48,035 nucleotides of DNA from Octopus bimaculoides (lineage: Eukaryota). The stretch is taken from NCBI RefSeq assembly GCF_001194135.2, contig NC_068987.1:65474012-65522046 (forward strand), in the 5' to 3' direction. Each line of letters opens with the position of its first letter. The first letter of the stretch is position 1. This document shows, piece by piece, positions 35,070 through 46,222 of this stretch. A program made the position numbers and the translations under genes. The notes beneath the pieces are model-generated. The model did no database searches. It worked only from the letters and a program-made list of their open reading frames with translations, and was not told where the DNA came from.

Positions 35070-35930
35070 AAATAATATCATAATAGTAGAACAAACAGCT
35101 AGGTTGAAAGGTGTCTGAGGTTGTGCCAGGCAATTGTTGATGAACTGTAATGCTAGAGGAGCGGCAGCATAGGAGGAACTTGGTACGAATGTCTTTGACT
35201 CTGTCTCTCGCTAACATATGCCGGAAGTCCTTCGGCTTGCTAAAGTTCCGGAGAGCATAATCAAAGCCATAGCTGACCTGACGTCATCATGGAGTACCAC
35301 CTTGAAGTTAAATAGAAAACGTAATTGTATTATCCCTGATAAAATACACTACTGCAGAGGTATCTTCGAAGGAGGCAGACTCTGTAATGCTGTTCATACT
35401 TTCAGTAAAACACTTTGTCATTTATGTTGAGGAAGATTAAAAGGTATTGCCATGGTTTACAGGGCAACAGAAATACCAAAATTACAAAAATTGCTTCTTT
35501 GTGAATGACCCGAAACTGTATGTTAAAAGTACGCATGAAATGAAAAAATGCCTTGACCGGATTACAATATTCTCAAAGGATATAGATTTGGAGTTTGGTC
35601 AGGATATATGTTCCTATATGGTTGTGAAACGAGGGAAAACTGAAAATTGTAATCTAGACTAGCTGCATATCCATCAATAACTTAACTATTTCTCCAATGT
35701 CTGATGAGGAATGTTACGATGATACCTGTAACAAGGATCGCAACCCTAAAGGATATAACAGCTGGATAAGAAAAATATGCACACCAGGGATCTGCATCCA
35801 ACAAAACAGTGGCCCACAATGTGCTTGCAGTACCAGCATTCATACAAGTATATGGGCTATTTGATCAGACGCTTGATGAGATCCGAGCCGTTGATGTGAA
35901 AACTCGGAAGATACTGACAAATACAAGCAA
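35070..35930 (+). mobile_element. R4/Dong-clade LINE RT fragment
   Basis: GCARQLLMN, EVLRLAKVPESIIKAI, YCRGIFEG, CFFVNDPKLYVKS (MDDLKLY-like), FSKDIDLEFGQDIC, AHNVLAVP..DEIRAVDVKTRKILT. Confidence 0.85.
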
Positions 35931-36509
35931 TTTTTCAGATTTATATCTAAACAATTACGCCCTCAGTAATTGTTTAGATATAAATCTGAAGTTTCCTCGT
36001 CCCTCAAATTTGCGTTGTATCTATGTTGCTAATCGTTATTATTCTTTCTAACTGCGAATTAGTCATACAACGAATTTCACGAAAACTAGTAACATTGGTT
36101 TAAGATTCTCTACGTTTCTTATGACAAGACATTCAAGGAAGTGTCTGAGTAAAGACAGGCAGAATAAATATCACCATGAATTTTTGTTCGGATGTGTAGG
36201 ATCATAAAAGCTTCCGGCGAATGCGTGCGTCTTTCGTCAATACACGCACACAGACACAGGGACAGATACATTCGCATATAAAGGCGCTCAAACACATATA
36301 CAAACGCACTCTGATGCACTCACTCAGACACACTTACACATACATTCAGATACTCATACATCTACTCAAATACACACTAAGACAGGTATATACACATTCA
36401 GGCACACACACATCCAGATACACACACACATACACAAACACAGACTGAGACACACATACATATATACATATATACTCTCAAACATATACGCAAATCAGAC
36501 ATACATACG

Positions 36510-36690
36510 CATGCATACAAAGGAGAGGCTTCCACGGGGTTTCTGTCCTCCAAATTCCATTCACAGATATCGGTCTGTGTCAGTTCGAGTCTATAGCAGA
36601 AGACACATATGCTCATAGATATCGTGCAATGAAATGGAAACCGAAACCCAGTGGTTACCAAGCAAATTTGTTAACCACACAGACAGGAGT
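36510..36690 (-). mobile_element. SINE family C, diverged
   Basis: Minus-strand GTGTGGTTAACAAATTTGCTTGG...GGGTTTCGGTTTCC...GTGTCTTCTGCTATAG...GGAAGCCTCTCC. Confidence 0.6.
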
Positions 36691-37080
36691 CATTACTAAA
36701 CAAGTTTTCATCGCTTTTCTGAAACTAGAGACGAAATGTAATTTCCTCTGAGTTTGTTTATAACGATAATAAATTTCAGCAAACGAGGGATTATTGGAGC
36801 AGTTAACTATTGGAGCAATTAATTGCTAGAGTCATTAAAACGCCTTCAGGAATTATTGTTGTTGTTGCTGTTGTTGTTGTTGTCGTCGTCGTTCCCGTTC
36901 TCGTTGTCATCGTAATCGTTGTTGAGGTCGTACTTGGTCAAGCAGAGCTATGACTAAATGTGATGAAACTTTGGTGGTACTAGTATTACTGGTTATGGTA
37001 GTCGTGGTGGTGAATTAATATAAGTTATAGTAGATGTGGTTTAGCCAAAGGCAAACCTGATCTTACGATTAAAGGTATTA

Positions 37081-37275
37081 TTAAGGTGGCGAGCTGGCAG
37101 AATCGTTAGCGGCATTTCATACGGCTTTACGTTCTGAGTTCAAATATCGCTGAGGTCCACTTTGCCTTTCATTCTTTCGGGGTCGATAAAATAAGTGGCA
37201 GTCGAATACTAGCGTCGATGTAATCGACGAACCTACTTCACACAAAATTTCAGGCCTTGTGCCTATAGTTGAAAG
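37081..37275 (+). mobile_element. Family A SINE
   Basis: TTAAGGTGGCGAGCTGGCAGAATCGTTAGC head through CAGGCCTTGTGCCTATAG tail. Confidence 0.9.
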
Positions 37276-37516
37276 AATAATTAAAGTTATCATAGAGCCA
37301 TGATCACCAAAACTTATTAGGGAATTTTCACAAATACACTACTCAATATGTTTTCTTTTTTAAGGTGTAATGCAATCGCTATTTCTAGCAGATATAGCGA
37401 ATAACAAATAGCACCTTCATTGGTTTGCAGTAATAGTAATATATATTGTAGTAGTAGCAGTAGATATAAAACATTAGTAGCTGGTATATTATTAGTATTG
37501 ATATTAACATTAGTGT

Positions 37517-37735
37517 AAGGCAGCGAGCAGGCAGAATCGTTAGCACGCCGGGCAAAATGCTTAGCGGCATTTCGTCTGTCTCTACGTTCTGAGTTTAAAT
37601 TCCGCCGAGGTCGACTTTACTTTTCATTCTTTCGAGCTCGATAGAATAACTACCAGTCGAGCAATGAGGTCGATGTAACCGACTTAGCCCCATCCACGAA
37701 ATTGCCCGGCCTTGTGCCAAAACTTGAAACCAAAT
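37517..37735 (+). mobile_element. Family A SINE
   Basis: Near-consensus full-length copy with T1 tail GGCCTTGTGCCAAAACTTGAAACC. Confidence 0.9.
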
Positions 37736-37799
37736 TAGAATAAGTAATAGCAGGCACGTTTCATGAGTAAATAGGGTGGGTATTAGGCATTAATAAAAT

Positions 37800-38400
37800 A
37801 GATGGTCAACAAAAAGGCGTTTTATTATGCAAAAAATATGTTTAAAGCAGTCTTTTCAACCTTTGCCGATTTCAAAGATCCCTATAGCTATGTCCTTTCG
37901 TCTACTTGTAATGAGACCGTCTACACTAGTGTTTTCCTGGAAAGAGATAAGCGTTCTGCTAGTTAAAGTATAGTGTCTACCTTGTCGTTAGTTATACTAG
38001 TAGCCGTTTTAGCAAATATAATAGCCTTGTTAAGCCATATAGAGGAAACGGACGGGTAGTAGGACTCTATATCGAGCCATACAAAAGAAGTGCAATTCTT
38101 ATTGATATTTCCAAAACCAGTACATTACTTTTCTGTCACACTACTACAAATCCAAGTGAACAGGTTTTGCAACCTTAGGAACTTCTCTAATATTTCTTTG
38201 TTAATTCTGCTAATATCCAAATTAGAGGGGCTGATTAGTCAAATGGAGGGCTTACCTTGGGAATTGGTAGATTTTGAGATGAAATGGCTCCGTTCTGTAG
38301 TCCACTTCGAACTTACTAACGAATAGGCCTGTTCGTTAATGGATTCTAAGATGTTGGATTTAACCTTCCTATAGTTATATAGTTGTTTGGAAATTAAGTT
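37800..38400 (-). mobile_element. Penelope-like element RT N-terminal fragment, same type as 33520-34600
   Basis: Minus-strand NSQGKPSI*LISPSNLDISRINKEILEK (KP.CRLINPS-like), FVWLDIESYYPSVS..LNKAIIFAK (FDI..FYPSI-like), GSLKSAKV. Confidence 0.75.
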
Positions 38401-38407
38401 ATAAATA

Positions 38408-38715
38408 CGAGGGGGCAATGAAAAGCTCGGATCACTTAATGCTACAATCGGCTTGGATATTGGTTAGTCTAAAGTTCGCATTGGGCACGTGTGATATTAT
38501 ACCTTCCTGCGTGAATTCACAGTTAATGTCATATGACAATGGATGGAGTACATCTAAAAACATGCAGTGTTTCATTGACTTACGTTGTGCGTTTACACAA
38601 GTTACTATTGTATCAGTGAAAATAATTAAAGTACACACGCACAGTGGAAATCTTTCCGGGACGAAGTTTAGTGCGTGTATGCAGCGCTGTCTCGTGACAG
38701 TAAGGTTGTTATAGG
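38408..38715 (+). mobile_element. Probable mariner 5' end fragment
   Basis: Starts TA|CGAGGGGGCAATGAAAAG (mariner-type TIR start); no matching right TIR found. Confidence 0.45.
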
Positions 38716-39206
38716 ACATGTTGCCCTGTGCGTGTGTATATATGTACGGCTGTGTGATTTTGTGCAGGCATGTGTACGTCTTCGCGTATATATGCAGCTT
38801 TGTGCATGCGTGTCTAGATATATGGGCCTGCGTGTGTGTTAGTGTGCGCGCGAATGGATGTTTGTCTGTATGTGTGTGTGTGTGTGTGTGTGCGTGTGTG
38901 CGTGTGTACGTGCGTACCTGTGTGTGTGTGCTTGTGTAGAGGAGAGCGTGGAGGACAAGCTACCATTGTCTTTGTTTTACAAAACCGTTTACAAATTCAC
39001 TAACCGAAGCCAGCGTCTGATAAAACGGATAAACTCTGATGCCACCAGAAGAATGTTAACAGAGACTAACCTTTTACCTTGGTTTTGAATTCTGATATAC
39101 ACCACAATCTGTTCTTGTTATCGCTATTGTTATTGTCATAGTTGTTATCATTGCTGCTACATTGGTTAGGGGGTCAACATATTCTCTCCTTTCCTCTCTG
39201 CTTTGC

Positions 39207-39207
39207 A

Positions 39208-39274
<67 letters not shown>

Positions 39275-39275
39275 A
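39207..39275. repeat. (TATC)n microsatellite
   Basis: Direct reading. Confidence 0.95.
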
Positions 39276-39289
39276 CTGACAAAACTAAT

Positions 39290-39404
39290 TTATATAAATA
39301 AGGATAAGATCGATATTTAAAATATTGATCTTATCAAGTGGTCAGCATGGGAATAAAAACCATCAAAGGTAATAATTATTTAAAATTATAATACAGGGTA
39401 TCTA
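39290..39404 (-). repeat. Inverted copy of the 14587-14713 repeat, abutting a gap
   Basis: Reverse-complement match; contains the 33-nt near-palindrome GATAAGATCGATATTTAAAATATTGATCTTATC. Confidence 0.9.
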
Positions 39405-40561
39405 AGAGATGNNNNNNNNNNNNNNNNNNNNNNNNNNNNNNNNNNNNNNNNNNNNNNNNNNNNNNNNNNNNNNNNNNNNNNNNNNNNNNNNNNNNNNNNN
39501 NNNNNNNNNNNNNNNNNNNNNNNNNNNNNNNNNNNNNNNNNNNNNNNNNNNNNNNNNNNNNNNNNNNNNNNNNNNNNNNNNNNNNNNNNNNNNNNNNNNN
39601 NNNNNNNNNNNNNNNNNNNNNNNNNNNNNNNNNNNNNNNNNNNNNNNNNNNNNTATATATATATATATATATATATGCATGTGTGCAGAAGTGACCGTAT
39701 GTGAACTAGTATAGGTCTAGCAGGATGTGTACAACAGTAGACATGGCCATCACCGGTTTCCTGTCATTTCCTTTCTATCACTCTTCTCTTATTATCCACT
39801 CTATTATCCACTATTTGTTATATCAATGAGCTTGTGCATAATTTGCATTAGTGGTGGGTATGTTAAGGTATGCAACTAAATTCACATTGCGTTATTTGCT
39901 GATAATGCCGAAGAAATGAGTCGATTGTGTAGCTCAATACGGCCATTTGATTTGCATAATAATGAGTCAGTTAGTGGAAGTACGTGTATGTCATACAAAG
40001 CACACAAGTATGGATTACAATTTCTAGGTTCAGTATTAATACATACATACTCATATATATGTGTATTCTCAAGTATATGTGCATATACATACATACATAC
40101 ATATACATACAGACAGACAGACAGTCTCTCTCTCTCACATACACACACACACATGATTAGTTCATTTTGACAGATGAAAGCTGTCGCATATTCGGAAATG
40201 TTAGTGAGGCATCTTTACATTATTGGATTTAAGTGACAAAGGCTTGTACAACACTTTGCCACTCTCTCGGTCGCTACTGTGGGTTCCAATAACAAGCAAG
40301 GATACAAGACTGGTACACTTTTGGCTGCAAGTTTTATGTCAAACTATCTTTTTCCTTGAAGAGCCTTCTTTGTGAAATACCGGAAGACTTCTCTATACCT
40401 GGAAAAGCTATTTGATCTATAGAGGGGACCCTGGCAGATACTAACATTGCAGGTCAGAAGGGACGTACAAGTAGTGGTAACTAAGGGGCGACACCACGTC
40501 TCCCCACAACTTCCGTCTCCCGAACTGGAGCCTCTCTACTGGATACAGTTTAATGTAGGAT

Positions 40562-41290
40562 AACCATATATGCTTAGGGTGCAGTAATATCTATATTGGC
40601 CAAACAGGAATATCACTCCGTAGAAGAACTACTCTCCACAAAGAACAAATCCGCCACTCACATTACAGACAGATACAGGTTAGTGGACACATAGAAAGGT
40701 GTGCGAGGAATCTTAATCCTAATTTCCTAATTTTTCCCTTCTATCAATGCTCACAGAACACATCAACACAACAAAGAATGAATAAAGAGGCAATTTTCAT
40801 TAATAAATATCTTCCTCAACTAAATATAAACACATAACATAATATAGAACACCACTAATCTTCCATTTAATATCACTAACCCCCTTACATCCCATACACC
40901 ATTCACACTACAAATCCAGATCTACTTTAATTGCACCAAATCCTGAACTACTTACTTCCCTTACACATAATCTTTTTACTAAGGGACTAATAGACTTGAT
41001 ACCGTTCAGAATTCGGTGTATACTCAAAGCAATGACTAGTATTATTACGAAACCGGTATGCTTGTAAATCTCTTTAACAACGCACAATAATGACTTTTAT
41101 TACCTTTTTTCCTACCTCAGTTCATCTAATTGTATATATATATCGTTACTTTTCATAAAAAGCCTTACCTTCTTTTTGATTTCCAATGTGCATTTTCTCT
41201 TATTTTTCTGCTTACTTTCCCCTTACAGTTCTACGGGTAGTTTCTATTTTGTTTTTGTAACATATTTCTATTATATATATATATATATAT
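40562..41290 (+). mobile_element. Penelope-like element 3' end (GIY-YIG endonuclease C-terminal part and UTR)
   Basis: Met-less open frame 40562-40837, absent from the ORF track: NHICLGCSNIYIGQTGISLRRRTTLHKEQIRHSHYRQIQVSGHIERC...FPFYQC..RMNKEAIFINKYLPQLN. Confidence 0.85.
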
Positions 41291-41309
41291 ATAAAATGAA
41301 AAAGGAAAG

Positions 41310-41681
41310 ATTCAATTGTTACTAATATTGACTGAGGGTGCAGAATAGCACCTACATTGCTATGAACAAGAGTCAAAGATTCTTATAGCCACAAAAAGCA
41401 CATTCTATGCACTGACAAGAGAGATAACCGCCCCACAGCGAGCGAGATTACTATACTAACTTGGAATTGAAGCTCGTCAGTAGTGACTACTCTACAACTG
41501 ACGAGCATAATTCCAAGTGAAACCAGCTTCCTAGTATAGTGACCTCGATCGCTGTGGGGTAGTTATCTCCCCTATCAGTACATAGAATGTGCTTTTTGTA
41601 GCTATAAGGGTCTTTGACTCCTGTTTCTATCAATGTGGGTGTTAGTATCACACCTCCAGTCACTATTAGCGACAATTGAAT
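41310..41681. mobile_element. 372-bp foldback palindrome, probable MITE
   Basis: Arms are reverse complements from ATTCAATTG to CAATTGAAT, with a loop at 41482-41496 and a 13-nt bulge in the right arm. Confidence 0.85.
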
Positions 41682-41712
41682 ACACACACACATACACACA
41701 CACACACACACT

Positions 41713-41759
<47 letters not shown>

Positions 41760-41763
<4 letters not shown>

Positions 41764-42015
41764 ATCGCGTGACCGACCAGACTATTAGATGTTGTAGCAC
41801 ATCGCCGGTCTTAATGCGCTTTGCATCGTTTTATCCCTCGAAATAACACCACATCGCTGGCCAGGCGAGGAGGCCAACATTTCACCCTGATCGAATGAGG
41901 GACTGGAACAACTTAAAATGGAGTAACTTGCTCAAGAACACAAAGTGAGGGAGTGAAACCCACGATCTCGTGCTCATGAGTGCAATGGCCTAGCCACTCG
42001 TTCACGCGCCTCACA
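41760..42015 (-). mobile_element. tRNA-derived SINE, family D, with CORE-like segment
   Basis: Minus-strand GAGGCGCGTGAACGAGTGGCTAGG...GTGGGTTTCACTCCC...TGTGTTCTTGAGCAAG. Confidence 0.7.
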
Positions 42016-42321
42016 CACACATGCATACATGCATATACATATAGACGTATATGCACATATATATATATATGCATACACACACACATATATATATACATAT
42101 ATACATACGCATACGCATATGTATATATATACACATGTACACAAACCTACACATATATACAGCTATCTATCTATCTATCTATTTCGATAGGAAGAAAAAG
42201 TTATATGAGTTATTCACGTGTGCACATGCGAAGAAACATAAGTACTATTATATGTACATGTTAGCAGCAATATATTTTACAGATGCATCTAAATATATAT
42301 GGATATGTATGTCGGTATGTA

Positions 42322-42349
42322 TGACGAATGTTGCCGGCAACATTCGTCA
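42322..42349. other. Perfect 28-bp palindrome with RFX X-box-like core
   Basis: TGACGAATGTTGCCGGCAACATTCGTCA is its own reverse complement; GTTGCC-GGCAAC fits GTNRCC(N0-3)RGYAAC. Confidence 0.9.
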
Positions 42350-42529
42350 ATTTCCTGAGTATGGGGTCATAGCCACGAAATATTGAATACAAGGTAAGTC
42401 TACATTAATTCACATATTTGTTTTCTTGTGATTTACCTTGCATTTACTTTTGGCTTTCCCCACGATCTTTTATACAATATATTCTACACAATGATCCATA
42501 GTAATTATTCCATTATATATATATATATA

Positions 42530-42653
42530 CAGGGTGTCCACAAAGTCTGGGTACACGGGAATTAACACATACTTTAAGAAATTATTATTTCTTATATTTA
42601 ATTGTTTATGTTATGATTTTATTTACTCCATGTACCCAGACCTTGTGGACACC

Positions 42654-42656
<3 letters not shown>
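42530..42656. mobile_element. 127-bp Tc1/mariner MITE inserted in (TA)n
   Basis: 26-bp TIRs CAGGGTGTCCACAA(A/G)GTCTGGGTACA with one mismatch, TA on both sides. Confidence 0.95.
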
Positions 42657-42706
<50 letters not shown>

Positions 42707-42819
42707 CATATAGCGAGTGTCAAATAAGAATCTTTTAACGGTTTATTGACCGTTCCTTGGCGAAAGCATACTCAGTTTCTTTGCTCCATGTTTTAACACA
42801 GAGCAGCTACTAAATAACT

Positions 42820-43205
42820 ATTATGGTCAGGTTCCAACCCGGGCCACAACAACAAAGTATACAGCCCACACTTTTCGGTCCTTCATCACTGCTTCGAGAT
42901 CCTGCATGCATTCCAAGCCAGCGTTTACAATCAAGTTGTCGACGTTTTCTTTTTCTTACAACATCATAAAATGGGTTACACAAGTCTTATTTGGATGCTC
43001 CCATTTCAAGGTGGTTCTCGCACTGGCCAGATAGTCGCAGCCGTTTGCCTGATATTCTCTCTAACTTTCAGTAGGCCTCTATAAAGTCATTGAGTTGTCA
43101 TATATTGCTGCCATTTCACATTTAGGGCTGTTCGTAGCACCCTTGTGTAGCATCCATTTAGTCTGTTTAATAATTTCCTTGTCAGTGTCCATGTTTCACT
43201 AAATG
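42820..43205 (-). mobile_element. RTE-type LINE 3' fragment
   Basis: Minus-strand SETWTLTRKLLNRLNGCYTRVLRTALNVKWQQ...RLRLSGQC...VDNLIVNAGL..DLEAVMKDRKVW. Confidence 0.85.
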
Positions 43206-43354
43206 AAGCCAAGGTAAATTAAATTACCACAATGGGGGGTAGCCTAATTTGTGTATTTATGTTTGTCGCGGTTTGTCATTAATTACGCAATATTTATTTT
43301 ATGCATAATACGGCATAAATCAGAGGAACTGAAATAATTGAAATATTATGAATT

Positions 43355-43600
43355 AGCCGCTTAGAGAAGCCACATCTTTTCGATTTCAATTAGCAAATCT
43401 TCATATTTTCTAAGCTTGTCAAATTCTTTTGCTGTAACATTATGATCACAGGGGATACTCATGTCAATCAATAAATAGACTTTATTATTTTGGTGTTTTA
43501 CAACAATATCCGGTTTATTAGCTTTGATGGTTCTGTATGTATGTACTGGAAAGTCCCAAAGAATCGTTGCATTTCTCTCTCAGTTATAGCCTGTACCTTC
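43355..43600 (-). mobile_element. R4/Dong-clade restriction-like endonuclease fragment
   Basis: Minus-strand ILWDFPVHTYRTIKANKPDIVVK..LLIDMSIPCDHNVTAKEFDKLRKYEDLLIEIEKMW (PD..D motif). Confidence 0.9.
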
Positions 43601-43619
43601 CGATTGTAGTTACCGACGG

Positions 43620-43880
43620 TATCTTTTCCCACAATTGCTGGCTTTGTGCCAAAATTTGAAACCATTACTATTAGCGTAGTTAATTCGTAGAAACGTTAGG
43701 TTTCTGCGATATATATCCGTCTCTGTACGTTCTGAGATTAAATCCTGCCGAGGTCACCTTTGTCTTTTATCCTCCAGGGTCTATAACATAAAATTCCAGT
43801 CAAGGACTGGGGTCCATATACTCGACCAACCTCTCCTCTCAGTATTGCTGGCCTTGTGTCTAAATCAAAAACAATTTTAA
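43620..43880 (+). mobile_element. Family A SINE tail plus a diverged full copy
   Basis: GCTGGCTTTGTGCCAAAATTTGAAACC, then GTTCTGAGATTAAATCCTGCCGAGGTCACCTTTG...GCTGGCCTTGTGTC. Confidence 0.75.
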
Positions 43881-44067
43881 TTATTTGATGTTCACGTTGT
43901 TTAGTCCAAGTCAGACCTATTCAAGTACACCTAAAATCGAAAACCTTTTACTTATTCAGGACTACATTGTCGAATATACGTTTAATCCTTTTTAAAGACT
44001 GTAACTTTTGACTTGTCTGTTTTTTCTAGTTGTTTGAGCACCAGTGTAGAAGCTTTTGCACTGGCTA

Positions 44068-44099
<32 letters not shown>

Positions 44100-45416
44100 C
44101 GTCAGGGTAGTAGTGATAGCATTAGAGTTAGGTGTGGTGTTTTAATCGGCGAAATCACACCGTTTGAAAAAGTTGAACAGATAACAAATCAATGAATGCT
44201 TTTAAAGAAGAAATAGCTATTTGAAGAGCGATGAACACATTATAAAGTTAAAAAAGGGAACTAACAAAACTATTTGAAAAAAAAGACACGAAACGACAAA
44301 GAAAACAAAACAAAAAATAAAAATATTAGTTACCAAAGAAAAAAAGAAATAATTATAAGAACAAAATATACGGTATCTTCGTGACTTTTTAATTACTTCT
44401 TTGAATTTCCGACCATATCTAAAAAACATTTTTATCAGAACATCTAAGGCATCGCCAAACATCGAAACTTCATTAAAAAAATTGAAAAAAAGAACAATAT
44501 AAAAAATTCAAGACATTTTCGCTCATCAGATTCTTCTGGAGTTAATTCAAAACCGAGATTAAGAAACAGGTTATCTCTCTATCCATTCCGTCTGTCTGTC
44601 TCTCTCTTTGTTTTTATAATTCTCTGAAGTTATTCTTTAACAATTGACTCGTTTCTAACCGAAGAATAAAGATGCTACTTTAGAATTTAAATAAAAACAA
44701 CAGAAAGAATTACATGTTGATCTTTTAGAAACTTCATGTATAATTTCATTGTTCCGCTTACAGAGTGAATTTGCAGTATGTATGTATGTATGTATGTATG
44801 TATGCGCGCCTGCGTGTTTGTATGTACGTATGTATGTATGTATGTATGTATGTATGTATGTATCATAAGAATTTAATTTCGACATCAATAAGAGTAATGA
44901 GTTACATGCTATATTTCATAAAAATCTTAATTTACTCTGTCCTGCTGGTAAACTGAGCTTGAAGAATAGACATATTAGATGGCGTCGCTATTTCAAACAT
45001 TGAAGATTATTAATTAAATAAAAACAGAAATTTATAGTCACTGTAACGATGAGAGCATAAACATCTAATCAGAAATTGTTATGCAATAAGGTAAAGACGA
45101 CATTAACTGGATGACTAATATAACTTGAATAATTTCAGCGAGTACTTTGCTGAGGAGGTTTAATACGTAGGAAGCATAACCGGAGTTATCTCGTGTAATA
45201 AGTAATAGACTAACCTTTGAAAAAATGTTGATTATAATTAAAGGGAAAATGTAACTGTTATCTGATTAGATGAACTATAAATTTGAGTGCATTTGTCGCG
45301 TATATATATATATATAACATTCATATAACAGTCATTTCAGCATGTGAAACCGTTAATCCCAACATTCTTTTCTCTATTCGTTTTTTCCCACTCTCTCCAT
45401 TTTTCTTCCTCTCATC

Positions 45417-45574
45417 CCTTTCTATCGAAGACCATAGGCCCAAGACGTCAAAGGCTTTTCTATTTTTCCTGACCGTCAAACTAATACACCTGCCTGTTGT
45501 TTCCTCACCTGTCTCTGTCTTTTGTTTTCTCTTATTCCTTTCTGTCGAAGAGCGTAGGCTCGAAACGTAAAAGG
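45417..45574 (+). ncRNA. Tandem pair of minimal hammerhead-like motifs in a 120-bp Penelope-type terminal repeat
   Basis: Copy 2: CCTTT-CTGTCGA-A-GAGC(GTAG)GCTC-GAAA-CGT-A-AAAGG. Copy 1, exactly 120 bp upstream: CCTTT-CTATCGA-A-GACC(ATAG)GCCC-AAGA-CGT-C-AAAGG. Confidence 0.65.
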
Positions 45575-45699
45575 CTTTTTTATTTTATCGAGCGTCAAAC
45601 TAGCACACCTTATTCTTGTTCATACACCTTTTTCTATAAAGTTTAACTATATACGTGTGTGTGTGTGTGTGTGTTTCTCTCCCCTACCACCGTAAATTA

Positions 45700-45850
45700 G
45701 CGGCGCCGCAAATCAGACTAAGTACAAAGTTTCAAAAACTAATAAATAAATAAATACTGAGGTTAATTTATTCGACTAAAATGCCACAAGGTGGTGCTCA
45801 GTTATGGCCGTGCTTCAGTGACTGTTACAAACAAAAGATAAAAACCGACA
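45700..45850 (+). mobile_element. Family E SINE-like repeat, diverged
   Basis: TACTGAGGTTAATTTATTCGACTAAAATGCCACAAGGTGGTGCTCAGTTATGGCCG matches the reverse complement of 21505-21590. Confidence 0.6.
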
Positions 45851-46180
45851 GAAGGAGAGAAAGTGACGCAGACAACGAACAGACGACAGTGCTGTCATGC
45901 AGATTTACGGCGCCGTCTTGTGAAACACACGCAATCATATCCACACAAACCATACTTGTAAACACACACGCATACATTCCCTAAGACATGACAACATGAA
46001 GATCTATTTATAGACTGAGAAATATCTATTAATGTAGCGCTGTGTTTTGATGAATATATTCTGTTATATGCTTTTGTCTTTATACGCACACACACACAGA
46101 CACACACACACGTACACACATACATATATGCACACGCATATGTATGCATACAAATACGTGTTTATATATATATGCGTGTG

Positions 46181-46222
<42 letters not shown>

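Noticed and set aside
33520-38400. Idea that the two minus-strand Penelope RT fragments are one element split by insertions
   Set aside because: The fragments appear to overlap by about 15 codons around the GS..SA.(V/I) motif with different sequence, which fits two copies better
764-39714. Long ORFs in the track made of X residues (for example 764-1628, 10838-11579, 14135-14662, 28722-29777, 34518-35030, 39402-39714)
   Set aside because: They are read-through of assembly N-gaps, not coding evidence
41330-41360. CTGAGGG-TGCAGAATAGCACC as a hammerhead at the end of the 40.6-kb Penelope
   Set aside because: No GAAA, and the sequence is part of the left arm of the 372-bp foldback element
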